A stretch of 64,000 nt of DNA from Octopus bimaculoides (GCF_001194135.2 NC_068983.1:124435664-124499663), one strand, 5' to 3'. Positions 39,996 to 53,295 are shown, counted from the first letter of the stretch. Notes: generated from the sequence alone by a model not told the origin. A program made the numbers and translations.

Positions 39996-40652
39996 TCTCC
40001 TTTTTCTATGATTTAGTTATTGTAGAATGTCTTCTTTGGCTCGTTTTTAAGAAAACTCAAATTCACATACCAGCCATCATTTAACTTATGTACTCCATAT
40101 CTCGTTATCTTGCTTAACTTACACGTCATTAAGAAAGAAGGGATATCGTTTAACATGTTCAATGGGAGTGAACTAACACTAACTGATAAAACTTTTCTTC
40201 GACAGACTAATCAATAACTTTCTATAACACTTTTATGCAAACAGTTAGTATATCTCTTATTCATACTGCTCTTTTCTAACTGTCATATGACATATTCAAT
40301 GGAGAAAAGCTTTTATGCGACCTTTTCGAGCAACTACCAGATGATCTTATCACAAGATAGTTGACCAATCAATGTTTAAGCTAAGAGGTAACACGCTGAG
40401 CCACATTTATACTTTGAAAACAAACTATTTTTATAAAAATGGCCAGAATAACTATGATTCGCGACAAAGCTCCATATGCTATACACTTCTGAAAATCTAT
40501 TATAAAACTGGCAAAGTGTTTTCCAATATTCTAACATATAATTAAATTCTATTTAATTCTAATATATTATCTGTGCATTTTCAACTTCATTTCTTCTATT
40601 TCTTCATTTGTTTGGATTAAAAATAACTTCTTAACCCTATCTCTCTTTCTCT

Positions 40653-40700
<48 letters not shown>

Positions 40701-40702
<2 letters not shown>

Positions 40703-40882
40703 TGGGCATCGGTACCATTTTCCTCTTTCTCCGTTCTTCCATTCTCCGAACTTTCCATCTTTCCGACGAAGGGCTACGCCCGAAACATCATACACTCTCT
40801 CTTTCCTTTCCTGAGCGTCCAATAATACTATCCATATCACGTCCTCACTTTGTTGTTTTTTTGTTATTGTTTTTTTGAACTT
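40701..40882 (+). mobile_element. Solo PLE pseudo-LTR fragment between two (TA)n tracts, with decayed hammerhead at 40759-40793
   Basis: CCGACGA-A-GGGC-TAC-GCCC-GAA-ACAT-C. Flanks homologous to the reverse complement of 55565-55770 (CTTTCC..GAGCGTC..TAATACT..ACGTCCTC). Confidence 0.7.
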
Positions 40883-41985
40883 ATATATATATATATATAT
40901 GTTCATGCGCGCGCGTCTGTATGTCTGTATGTGTGTATATATTCAAAGTTCATCGTTTTCATGATTGTTATTTAAAATCATTAAAATTAAACTCAGTAGT
41001 TTATATAGTTTGTATAATATATTTTGCACTTAGTGTTAATAACTAAAACAGACATTAACGTAGCTTGATACAAATGATTTATTATTAATTTTAAAATAAC
41101 AATTCTCGTAATTCAGTCATTTTTAGCTGTAGTTTTGATAACTTAAACATTTGTCATAGAATTAAAATTTCATGCAAATAATTAGTATATGATTTCAGTA
41201 TCTTATTTCTATCTGTTTTCAAAAATATCTCAACTATTCATTGATGTCTTGCTCGATTATTTGCTATGATTTGGATTTCATTAATCAGATTGTATTCATT
41301 GGATAACATGTCTGCTTTGAAAAATGCCCTGTTTCAGGTAACTAGATATGACAAGGAAAGGGGTCGGGTATGGAATTAAAAATTCATATTTGCTATTGGT
41401 AATGAGATAACTATAATCGATTTTCCAGGTTCTATTACAATTTAACATGAAAATCAAACCTAATTGGTTATTAACTGCTTTCTGATAGCATCAAATATTG
41501 GCGCCTGCCACAAATATAATCATAGTAGCATACGCTTCGAAAAGGATATAATTATTACCGAGCTATAACTACTGACAACTATTTCTTATTTCTGCGATGA
41601 TTTTCATGAAAGTTAGATGCCAGTGACATCAATTTCGGGATGTACTTTCTTCACTGATTTTGTTCACTACTAAAGTACTAATGTCTTCCTATGTCTTCAA
41701 GCAACACTGGTAGTGTATCAAAAGACATTCAGAAAATATAAAGTGATTCGTCAATAATAGGTATAGGAACCAATTATTCCGTTTTCTTTTCTTGATGCCA
41801 CATTCGGAAACAATTCAAAAAATGCTTGATCTTAATAAGCCTTAGACTATTTCCTTCTCCACATCAATTAAAGCACACCCTGCCATTTACATACACACAC
41901 ATGCACACATTGGAATCAGGATATTAGAGAAACATGCTATGTGGAACAGCTGGAAGCAGAGACGATGGAAGGTTGCGTATGTGTA

Positions 41986-42065
41986 CACTAAGTAATATCA
42001 CTTCTATGAAGAATATATAAACACCCACTAAGTAATATCACTTCTATGTAGAAGATATAAACCAC
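41986..42065. repeat. 40-bp tandem duplication
   Basis: CACTAAGTAATATCACTTCTATG starts at 41986 and 42026. Confidence 0.9.
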
Positions 42066-44227
42066 GTGGTGTGTAGGTCGTAAGATTTGTAGCTGTGAGA
42101 GTGGGTGTTGAAGATATGATTAGTGGCATAATGCTTCGGGATCACTGTTTCCTGTTTTCAGTGTTACTTAAGTATAGCATTTTACTTATGCAAGATGCGT
42201 TTGTAACCCGTAGTTTTGAGCTACTGGAGAGCTTTCTGTTGGTAGTTGATCTGTTCAAAGTCAGGTGTCTGTTTAAAACTTGAATGTTTAGGCGCGATGT
42301 AATCGTCCGAGATCGATATCTGATCAATATGACGATACAAATACCATCCCCCGGTAATGTTTTACTAAGGAAATACTCAATATCAATTTGCAGATCAAAC
42401 TTATTCATGTGGTTTGTTCTTGAGATGGCTGATATTTATGTTACTGTGTATAATGAACCATTAACCAAGCAACATGGGTAAATTATCCAGATTGGTGACT
42501 GAGCACCATGTGGACTGGTGAATCTAAATTTAAACGAAGTAAATAGACAGGTCATGCATTTATATGAACATAATTTTCTTGTTCATGATCACATATCATA
42601 CAGGCCTGACATACCAAAGCATTGTGATCCTATCACTGTAATATATTGGGCTGTTGTTGCTTTACCTCGCATTGAATGTTAGATGCACGTATTAAATGCA
42701 TTTCATCTGTGGCGATCGCATCTTATTTTTCCTCACGGAAGTCTGTTTTTAGCATCACGTTATCGAATATCCTATTTCGTTTGCTTGTAACACTGGAAAG
42801 AATTTTGTTTGTTTGTAACCTAGAAAGAAATTTAGCCGTTATTTCCAGCAGGTCCAGCGACCATGTTGTAACTTTTTCTTTGCCGTAAGTTATTGTCAAA
42901 CCAAAATACTTTTGAAAAATAGTTTTGGGCATGAGTATTGTTTTTAAACATGTAAAATTCCACAAATTATAATAAATGATGCATTCAGTCATTTATCATA
43001 ACCGGCATTTGTCTCATCTGAGAAGGAAATATACATTTAAACCGTTATATGTATGCTTCCTTTGCCACACACTATCTCTCTCTCTACACAGAGAAATTAT
43101 CTTCATTTCCATTCTGACTTGCATCAGAAAACATTACAGTTTTCCGATAGTCATTGACAGACGGCGAACTTTTACCTGTTTACCTTTGGAACTAATATAT
43201 ATTTCTGCACTTGTTTCCAGCAGTCACTTTTAGCTAAGTGAATGTCGCACTATTTCAGTATGTTCTCTCTCTATCTTTCTCTGCAGGGCATCTACTTTCA
43301 TTAAATTTACTTGTAATGTCCTGTAATGACTTTCGTCGATTCGATTTACATTTCTAATCAAATAGCTGTCATCCTCTTGGCTGATCTGACATTGTTGACT
43401 GCTTCTTATTGCTCTTTTCTCACATTTGTTGTCTAAAAAAACTTTTAAACGAACCTGCTGTCGATTATAATAACAATTTTGTTACTTCAGATATTTTATA
43501 TTCTACTTCTTTCAACTGTGGTAGACTTATTTCCTTCCCATTGTGCTTTCGCCTTAGCTTTACATATTCTGAAAGTTTAGTAGAACAGCTTACTTATGTG
43601 TAAATATGGCTCAACGTTTGAAAAGAAACCTCATACTATGTAGAAGATATATTTATTTACTCCTCTAATGTCCCCATAATGTGAACACTTTTTAGATGAT
43701 GGAGTATATATATCTTTTTAACGAAAGTTTACGTATTTTTCTTTTAGTGGAAGTGACAGTGGGAGGAAACTACTTTGTTATAATAGTAACCGAGCATATT
43801 TTAATCGTATGTTGAACTTTAGACATGATATTTCTGAAAATCGTTTCAGAATAACTGCTAGAGTCAGTCGTTAGGCAAATCAGCCAATAATACAAAACTT
43901 TCAAAGGGAATTCTGAGATCATTTTAGTGACTAGAAGAATGCAGTAAGAGTAATATAAGATTTCTCAAAGTAAGAAACTAATGTTTCCATAGAAAATTTT
44001 ATATATTATTTAAATGGATTTACATTTTTTTCTGACCCTAAAACTCCCCTTAAAAAGTATATTCCTACTTTATCTGGCATCTCATTAACATCGTATCCCT
44101 GTTGGAATTCTCTTTCATTGCAATGTACACCATTACTAGCATTGAGTCTCGCACTTACTCATATTAGCATCTGTAAGTTTTACATTTGGTAAAGACTTTC
44201 CATGAGATCGAATTTGAGAAGAATAAG

Positions 44228-44657
44228 CTTTTCTACACTAGGCACAAGGCCCGAAATTTTTGGGAAGGGGGCTAGTCGATTAGATCGAACCCAGTACGCA
44301 ACTGGTGCTTAATTTATTGACCCCGAAAGGAGGAAAGACAAAGTCGACCTCAGCAGAATTTGAACTCAGAACGTAAAGACAGACGAAATGCCGCTAAGCA
44401 TTTCGCCTGGCGTACTAACGTTTCTTATTTCTTTATTGCCTACAAGGGGCTAAACATAAAAGAGACAAACAAGGACAGACACAGGGATTAAGTCGATTAC
44501 ATCAACTCCAGTGCATAACTGGTACTTATTTAATCGACCCAAAAGGATGAAAGGCAAAGTCGACCTCAGCGGAATTTGAACTCAGAACGTAAAGACAGAC
44601 GAAACATCGCTAAGCATTTCGCCCGGCGTGCTAACGTTTCTGCCAGCTCGCCGCCTT
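44228..44657 (-). mobile_element. SINE family A dimer
   Basis: Full-head monomer 44425-44657 with AATAAAGAAATAA tail, fused to a second monomer 44228-44424 that lacks the first ~16 nt of the head. Confidence 0.93.
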
Positions 44658-45156
44658 TATTCGAGAACAATAATGTTAGAAGAAAGAAAGACAGTATAAA
44701 TTACGCAGTGGGCGAGACACAGTAGAACAGTAGCAGGCCAAACGTAGTTTAGATGGAAATTATATAGAAACGATATAACGTAAGGAATACCGATCATTGT
44801 AGTAACCATCAAAGAAACAGAGCGTTCGCACTAGGGATTGGAAAATAGTTAATCAATGTTGGTGTCTCAATGTTTTTTCTTTCTTTCTCTCTCTTCGTTT
44901 GTCATGATTTGAAGGTACAACCGAACAAATTATACCTTCAAATTATTACATTTGAGGAAATGAATAAACTATAGAATTATTACGTATTTCCATATATTAC
45001 GTTTTGTATTACATAACGTTGTATGAATCGCATGACATTGGGATATAGAATAAAAATATTGTCCGTTTACTGAAAGTAGTGTAATATCAATTTGATTTCT
45101 CATTTTCTCATTTAGATAATTACTTACACACACAACCACAGACACATACACACATC

Positions 45157-45196
<40 letters not shown>

Positions 45197-45198
<2 letters not shown>

Positions 45199-45401
45199 GC
45201 GTGTTTCAAAAGTCGGCATACATAGGAACAATTTTTTTTTATAAGAAACAGTTGATAAGAACAGTTTTTTTTCTATTTAACAGGCTCTATATTGTTTTGA
45301 ATACAGATAGCAATACGTTTACCCCACTCATTGTGAACTCGTAATAACACATCTAGTGATACCTGTTGTTGTTGATACATGGAGACTTTTGAATCACCCT
45401 A
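45197..45401. mobile_element. Tc1/mariner-type MITE (205 bp) in a (TA)n tract
   Basis: Imperfect TIRs CCGCGTGTTTCAAAAGTC / GACTTTTGAATCACCCTA, TA-flanked. Confidence 0.7.
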
Positions 45402-45705
45402 TATATATATACACACACATACACGCTCATGAGTTCAGTCTCACAGCACGGCAGTTTAGGCCAGTGTCTTCTACTATAGACACTTTTTGATCAAAGCTTT
45501 GTGGTAGACAGAATCTGCAAGAAGCCCATCGTAATTCTCTCCCTTTTCTCTCTCTCTCTCTCTCTCACCATGTATGTATGTATGTATGTATATATATATA
45601 TATTTATACCGGATTAAGCACATAAATGTGAAACAAGGTGGAAACCAGAGTACTCAAATACCAGAGGTAGAGTAATATGCTTTATTTAAAAGCAGTAGAA
45701 AATAT

Positions 45706-45760
45706 AACAAAATCTGTCACTCAGAGTTTCACGTTCCCGTTCATCGGACAGTTTAGTTAG
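45706..45760 (-). ncRNA. Hammerhead-like motif, left arm (GUG triplet, predicted inactive)
   Basis: CTGT-CCGATGA-ACG-GGAA-CGT-GAA-ACTC-T-GAGT-G-ACAG. N17 is G (c at 45718 on plus). Confidence 0.7.
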
Positions 45761-46757
45761 AATAGAACCGAAATAACGATATGATCAAAACTAGTTAAAG
45801 GATACACCTTTAAAAATGGATTTGTTTCATTGGTCCTTTCAATTAACGGTCTTAAGCATGCAATAAACAAAATAAACAAAATAAATGAATTCAATAAAAA
45901 CTCATCTTATTATAAAAATCGAGGAAAATCTTAAATCGAACAGCGGATTCAAAATACATATTGTAAATAATTATATACGAAATATAAATCAATTAATACA
46001 TTAAAATTAAAATTTTCATGTACATTACATAAATATTTTACAACAGTATATATGCATACTAGAACATCTAAAATATACATATATATATACACATATATAG
46101 AAATATGCATGTAAATACACATTCACACAAATCTAAGCGAATATATGCATACATATACATCCATGTATGTATGTGCACAAGTATAAACATACACGCTTAC
46201 TTACACATATACATATGTTTTTGCTTCTCATCTATCTTGTCTGTTGTAACGTCTATATGTATACACCAAGTGATTTTAGCATGCGAGCATGATTGCGTAC
46301 ATATGTGTACATGTGTATATGTGTATTTGTGTGCATATATTTATGTATTATATATATATATATGTCTGTAAATCTATGTAGTCTGTGTGCATCTATCTGT
46401 TTTTTTTAATGTATATACATGTACATTTTAGTACATTTTAGATGGTCTAGTATGCATATATACTGTTGTAAAATATTTATGTAATGCAACAGGAAAATTT
46501 TAATTTTAATTTTAATGTATTAATTGATTTATATTTCGTATATAATTATTTACAATATGTATTTTGAATCCGCTGTTCGATTTAAGATTTTCCTCGATTT
46601 TTATAATAGGGTGAGTTTTTATTGAATTCATTTATTTTGTTTATTTTGTTCATTGCGTGCTTAAGACCGTTAATTAAAAGGACCATTGAAACAAATCCAT
46701 TTTTAAAGGTGTATCCTTTAACTAATTTTGATCATATTGTTACTTCGGTTCTATTCT

Positions 46758-46810
46758 AACAAAACTGTCCGATGAACGGGAACGTGAAACTCTGAGTAAC
46801 AGATTTTGTT
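46758..46810 (+). ncRNA. Hammerhead-like motif, right arm (CCGAUGA core, GUA triplet)
   Basis: AACAAAA-CTGT-CCGATGA-ACG-GGAA-CGT-GAA-ACTC-T-GAGT-A-ACAG-A-TTTTGTT. Helix I 4+7 bp with a bulged A, GNRA-capped helix II, quasi-palindromic helix III. Confidence 0.78.
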
Positions 46811-46837
46811 ATATTTTCTGCTGGTTTTAAATAAAGT

Positions 46838-46870
<33 letters not shown>

Positions 46871-47107
46871 TATATATAGGTATATATATGTCTATGTGTG
46901 TGCCTTTGTGGTTGTTCCCCTACCACTGCTTGACGACCGGTAATGGTTTGTCTATGTTCCTCTTAATTAGCGGTTTGGCAATAAATAACGATAGAATAAG
47001 AAGCAGGCTTCAAAAATGTGCTGCCATCGACTTTTTCAACTAAATTATTCAAGGCAGTGTTCCAGTATGGTTGTAGTCCAATGACTGAAACAAGTAAAAG
47101 ATCAGAG

Positions 47108-47607
47108 CCGGTTGATTCAAAAGTGTTCTCGTACTTCAAGCTTTAGTATATATTTCCTCCGAAATAACACACGTAAATCGTTTAGTCATCAAAATATATC
47201 CAATATCCTATTGTCTATTGCCATTGTCTTTCCAGAAGTTCAATTTCACGCTTATACTATTTGGCTGGTTTAGAGGCCTGCCTCCGCTGTTAATCTCATC
47301 CACATTGTTGAACTTCTGTTTGCGCAGGAAATAAGCCATGACTCAGAAAAGGTGGTCATCTGGTGGTGCAAGGTTTGGACTAAAGGCAGGGTGAGACAGC
47401 ATTTTCAGCCCCTCGTGTTCCTCAAGTTTGTGTGTGGTCACATTGGCGGGGTGTTCTGTGGCATTTTCATGCTGTAGGAGTACACGTTTTCAATTGACCA
47501 ATGTTGAGTAGCGGGCTTTCAAATTACCATATACTCGCAGCAGTTGGTCAGCATGAAGTTGAGCGTTTAAAGCCTGACCATCTAGAACAAGCTCTAAGTG
47601 TAATACA
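47108..47607 (-). mobile_element. Mariner 3' fragment
   Basis: LELVLDGQALNAQLHADQLLRVYGNLKARYSTLVN*KRVLLQHENA..HPAFSPNLAPPDDHLF. Terminal CCGGTTGATTCAAAAGTG TIR-like end. Confidence 0.85.
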
Positions 47608-48504
47608 CATATATATATATGTTTATGGATGAATGGATATATCATGTAATAACTACTTGTTGCATACACCCTACAATGACAGATATTGCGTGTGTGGTGT
47701 CCTTGTTTGTAAACGTGTGAGCTGTTGCCTTTATAGAGTAAAATCGGAGATATAATTTTTAGTAGAGAAGTATATACTACCGCTCGTCTGCTTAATATCT
47801 TCTCGCGAACATCAACGCTATATTTACTGTCTGTAGTAGTTTCATATGTAGGAAAGAATAATTAGATTTATAGCGATTTGTCAATAGAAACTTAATCTCT
47901 AAGGAGTTGACAGACGTTATGGAAATAGTTCCAGACAGAAACACAAAATGGGTTGCATAATCAAGAAATCGTTTATGCGAAACGACTTATAGCAAACGAA
48001 CAACAGTTTGATGAATAAATCTGTATATTTCCAATGGAAAATACTTCAAGTATAATTTAAGTTGTTTAGTTTGTTTAGTTTGTTGATTCTGAAAAAAATA
48101 AAAACGATGGTATCAAAGACTGTGAGATTTAAATTGAACTTAAAAAACGCCGGATATTGTCTCTTCCACTCAATTTTCTAATTGTTGTAAGGATTTTCAA
48201 TATTGGCACAAGGCGACGCATCTGAGAGGGTAGGGCGACAGTCTTCAAGGGAAACGGTTGGGTGAGAATGATGGAGATGGAAGTTCCTTAGGATGTTGTA
48301 TATTTTGTTCAATCGCAAAAAGTTTCCTATGCTTTTGCAACTTTGTAATGTTGAAGTTTTTGTCCGAGCTTTGATGATTAATAAAGAAACCCTTGTTGAT
48401 GCTGTTATTGCGGGTATAGTTGTTGCTGTTGCTATTAGTCTTCATATAGCTGTTGTTGTTTTTCTTCTTGTTTTTCTTCTTGTTTTTCTTCATGAAGATG
48501 GTAG

Positions 48505-48718
48505 AGGGTGGTGAATTAGCTGAATCGTTCGAGTGTCAGTAAAATGCCTTGCGGTATTTTTTTCGCTTCCGTACATTCTGAGTTCAAAATCCGATGCCCC
48601 TCTTATCTCTCCCGGATCGATAACTCAAAGTACCAGTCAAGTAACCGGATCAACGGTATCGATTGACTTTCTCCTCTTAAAATTGTTGGCTTTGCCCCAA
48701 AGGTAGAGCAATTATTGA
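48505..48718 (+). mobile_element. SINE family A, old degenerate copy
   Basis: GGGTGGTGAATTAGCTGAATCGTT head, CTGAGTTCAAAATCC B box, GATCGATAACTCAAAGTACCAGT core. Further very degenerate minus-strand pieces near 48985-49115 and 51880-52000. Confidence 0.65.
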
Positions 48719-49989
48719 TATTATTATTGTTGTTCTGGTTATTATAATTAAATAGAAATATCGCGTTACCGAACCCAATTCTTGAATCCGATTGAATCAA
48801 ATATTCAGTGGTAGCATCTATTAATCCAGATACTTTACACAAACAGTATTTACGCTTGTCAGAGTAGATAAAGTTTTGTTTTTATATCAGAGTTTAAATT
48901 TTTCATTATGAGATACAAAAGATGTTATTCACTGGCCAGCTTATAACAGCATTTGATGCTGAGTTAGTAATAAATATTTTTTTACTTTTGTATGCTCATA
49001 GCCTCGAAATTTAGAAGAGGGTTATAGCTGAATTTGTCCCTTGTTTTATTGGTACATATTCTGTCTAATCTGGATGGATAAAAGGCAAACACGACATCGG
49101 CCAGATTTGAACTGCTAGAAGAGCAGATAATAATATTGATAGACAATAAGGTATTGTATAACAATGGTTCACTTCCATTATTGGCTATAAATGTAGTGAT
49201 GAGCATGTAGAGAAATCGTTGGCTTTGAAACACTTTCTATAGACTTTTACAAACTTTGAATAGAAAAATCAACCGCTGAGATCCCAAGATTCTGTGAAAA
49301 CAATAACAAGTAACATTTGAGAAGGAAATGATGTAAATGAAACTTTTAGATTGTTGTCAATATTCTTATGCAGGGGTAATACGGTTAATTTTACTGTAAT
49401 TTCACCGTAAACATGCTTCAGGCTAAAGCTGGAGGGAGATAAGAGTAAATACTTTCAGAGGAATTACTGATTCCAAGTAGATATCTTTCACATTTTCTCT
49501 TGAGGAAAGGATTCAATTTATTTATATTGAAAATTAAAAGGTTCTCACATTTTGTATGAAAGGGTAAGGTAAAGGAAGTTTCAAATATACAATAACGAAG
49601 ACAGAAGACGGTCAAGTCGAAAATAACGCAGACGACAAACATGATAATGACAATGATAATAATTATAATCACGCTGATGTTCATAATATTTAATAAAATC
49701 TAATTTTGTATGTCTAAACCTAATAATGTCGAACATTAGAGTGATTGAAAGTCATGACATATAATCCAATGATATTTGTCCCAGTTTAATTTTCATTTCA
49801 AATCGCAGTAGATTTATAATTGAGTTTTTCTTGCTACCGTGAGTGATAGAATAGAAAGGTATGAGAAGTTTATATGCTTGGTTCGAATAAATAGAATATA
49901 CCCGATATTTTTATGACTATAAAAGTGTTTATTATTTATATACATTTTTTTAATACAGTTTACTATTTATATACAATCATTTGTATAAT

Positions 49990-51750
49990 CCACTCCAGAT
50001 ACCTCCCAATTTCTCTCACCCCGAAACGTAATCTCTACCAAACCGTAATTGCCTCTGCACTTATTTGTTGACTCAGTCACTTATTTAGCGGAACTGCCTA
50101 ATATATATGCACGTTCTGCAAAATGCATCATGACTCCGGATCCTATAGCATTTTCCGACAGACGACTCGCCGGACCTCAACCAATTTTATTCCAATAATC
50201 TCAAAGAGTGTGCGTGTTTAATTCCTCACTCATCAAAAACAGTTAGTAAGGTGACTGAATTTATCATTTCAAGTATGCCCCTCCAAATGCATAAAACATT
50301 CAGTGAGTCATCCAGCTCCGCCGTAGTTTTTAACACAAAACAAGGCCTTCAACATAGAGAAATTTAACTATTCCTAAAAATTCGGTGGCATTTATCTAAC
50401 AATGCAACACTTGCAAGACCACTAACCGAATTGTTAAAGGTGCATTTGTGCATCGTTCATACATCAAACCACCCTCGAAAGACCGCCTCTCAAACTGCAG
50501 GTAACGTTTCTAATTCTGGTCCCTTACAAAAAGAATCTTGTCACATTTGAATTTTCTTATCAGAAACAATGAATCATTCGATAGTCATCCACAGAGAAAG
50601 CCTCTAACTTTGCTGCTCACTTTACATCAAACACCTCACTACACACACTTGGCAACTCTATTTAAATTTGTTGTCTTGCACTCCACTAAATTCCAGAACT
50701 TGCATACGCACAAAGTGTGAAAGCAAACAGTGACTTCAAACCAGCAAAGCCACCGACACTGACTTTATTCATTCTATTGATCTCCAACATTCTATTGTTC
50801 TCGAATTCCAGACTTTACCCTATGCTCACATACTCTTTAATATCTCCCTCTCTACTGAGATCTGCACATCTTTGAAAAATTGCAACAATAGGTTTTCTCC
50901 ATAAGAACAGCAAACTCTCTGATTCTACCAAATATCTCCCTGTTACACTCACATTACTTCAAAGATACTTGAGTCTGCTGTTATTAATGACCTTCCCCTA
51001 CATCTTAAATTGCTCTCTCTGGCCACTCATAAGGTTTCCGTCGAGCATGACGAGAGGTGATTTCAGCTATGTCAGTATGCTCTCACCTCAAAGAAAGTAA
51101 TGTTGTCGCTCAAGGTATCAGTAAAGTTTTCGTATGTGTCTGACATATGGAAGTTACCTGAGCTCCATCTGTATCTCATATTCAGGTATCTCATATTAAG
51201 TACCTAACAGATTGTTTTATTACGGTGTATGTTATCAGAGCTCTTTTTATCATTCTATCAATTTTGGTGTGCGTCGCAACTTGACTGACAACCAGTGACA
51301 CACTAATGAGAGCCAAAATGAAGGATTGCTCTCAACATCTGGAACAATGCTGCTGCTTTACACACCGATATCCTAGGCTACATCCAGAAAAAAAAAAAAC
51401 AACAACTCGACTGATTGGAATAAAATCACTCACAGACATGCTTCGGTCATCGGTCCTGTAGATATGCTGCCTTCTCTCTCCATCCCTGTTTTTTTTCAGC
51501 TGCAACTATAATGGCCTCTGTTTCTTGAAACTATCTGGTCTCGTCATAACTTCAACCAGGCACAATCCTTTTCACTCAACGCTTAAGCTGTGTCCAATCT
51601 CCCAGATCTTGTGATTATTGCTACTCCCAGTACTTGCTCGACAGAATACCGGCTTTCTGAAATTTCCTTCCTACTAATTTGTTTCCTATCTGTAAATTTT
51701 AAATTGCAACCGCATAAACGGAACAGTAACAATTTCACCAGCTTCGGAAG
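49990..51750 (+). mobile_element. CR1/Jockey-clade LINE ORF2 remnant with internal deletion
   Basis: LQTSKATDTDFIHSI, LFNISLST..KIATIGFLHKNSKLSDSTKYLPVTLT..SKILES, GISKVFVCV*H (DISKAFD-like). YADD region missing. Then MRAKM..IWNNAAALHTDILGYIQKK and 3'-end sequence. Confidence 0.8.
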
Positions 51751-52330
51751 GTCTGCGAAAACTATAGGAACTGTCCCTATCTCTAGACCGAGAAAGTAAA
51801 ACAATTGCAAGGAATTCCATGCTCTAAACTTAACATAATATGTAACTTAACTAAGGCACGAGAGATTCTTAATTATTAACTTCTGATACCGGTAAAAGAC
51901 CACGCATTTTCATTTGGGAGGGGGTGGGTGTGACAACGACTCAGTATTTAGGCTCATTTTAACGACCTCCACGGGATAAAATCGAAATTCCCGCCACTTA
52001 GGATAATAAAACTTAAGCTGGTGCTATAAACAAGACTTAGAATGGCTTCTGCTCATGAAACGCCAGAAATACAGAAATTATTTAGCCAATTTCAGATAAC
52101 CCATGATACATAAAATCGGTTTTAACAAGATTGATATTCCATTGTTGCATATAATAACCCGGAATAGTATTTGGTGATAAATGATACATTTAATACAGGA
52201 ATAAAATGCAATAAGTTTCATACATTGAAAAGAAAACTATTTAAGTTCTGAATCCAATTCACTTTCCCAGTGTTAACAGAAGTAGTAATGATAGAACTAA
52301 ACTACATATCTATATCCATACCCATAACCA

Positions 52331-52427
<97 letters not shown>

Positions 52428-52682
52428 GCCTACCTACCTGCATGCCTGCTTGCCTGCCTGCCTGTCTGTCTGCCAATATAATACCAAAAGTAGATAATTT
52501 ACTCTGAGTTTCGTTCTTGGCTGTTGACAATGGTCATGGGCAGAACGGGCAAAAACGAAACTCAGAGAAGACTGTTAACTCTTGATATAACAAATAAATA
52601 TATCTATATACTGTACCTCAATGTTTGCACTCGGTAAAATATATTTTAATATTCTATGCGGTTCTAACATTACGATTATATA

Positions 52683-53025
52683 CAAGAGTAGTCCCGAAAG
52701 TAATGCAAAAGTGGTATAACATTTTTATGCACAAATAAAAGTTATCCAAATTGCACAAGTTGCTAGAGTAATACTCACTTCGTATTTACCCTTCCGGTTC
52801 TTCTTCGTTGCCAGCAAATTAAGGATTCCAAACAGGGTGTAGACTGTTCGACATCAACACAGTTTGTTGACAGAGATGACACTATTGGCAAAAATAATGA
52901 TCACAAATGGTTAAAGAAATAATTTAAAAAGGAAACGAACATTGAAGACAAACCGCACAGTGGGTGTACACCAACTACGGTCACTGACACGAATCGTCAG
53001 CGAGTGGAGCATTTGATCAGCGAGC
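52683..53025 (+). mobile_element. Mariner 5' fragment
   Basis: TA+CAAGAGTAGTCCCGAAAGTAATGC TIR. KW..FKK..IEDKPHSGCTPTTVTDTNRQRVEHLISE (EDxPRSGRP-like). Confidence 0.75.
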
Positions 53026-53295
53026 CTCAAGCTTTGTCTGCTTCAAGATTCACCGTTTTGAAAAATGAAGTTTTTAAGTTCTCGAAGTTCCTAAATTCTT
53101 ATAAACTATCTATCTATCTATCTGCCTGCCTGCCTGTTTGTCTTTCTGTCTGTGTGTTTGTCTGTCTATCTACATATATATATATATCATAATATATATA
53201 AAGATAAATACATATAATAACAACAACAACAACAACAACAACAACAATAATAACGATTTCTTTCATTGACCACAATAATAATAATAATTATTATT

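Larger units (their letters stand above)
45609..46836. mobile_element. Fold-back element: ~400-bp inverted arms, each with a hammerhead motif, around a ~350-bp AT/CA-rich spacer
   Basis: Arms 45680-46080 and 46431-46836 are reverse complements (about 17 substitutions plus a 6-bp indel by manual count, roughly 95%). Left arm extends ~70 bp further out (45609-45679). Confidence 0.95.
45431..47102 (+). mobile_element. SINE family B split at its internal microsatellite by the 45609-46836 fold-back element
   Basis: Left part 45431-45607 (GAGTTCAGTCTCAC..CAGTGTCTTCTACTATAG..GAAGCCCATCGTA). Right part 46837-47102 (GCTTGACGACCGG..TTAGCGGTTTGGCAA..GACTGAAACAAGTAAAAGA). Both align with 24678-24996. 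Confidence 0.8.

Noticed and set aside
37960-41345. Candidate micro-exons (37979-38010 with GTATGC donor; 41290-41338 MSALKNALFQ with GTAACT donor) and an acceptor at 12906
   Set aside because: Such signals are expected by chance in 64 kb. No recognisable protein and no consistent exon chain.
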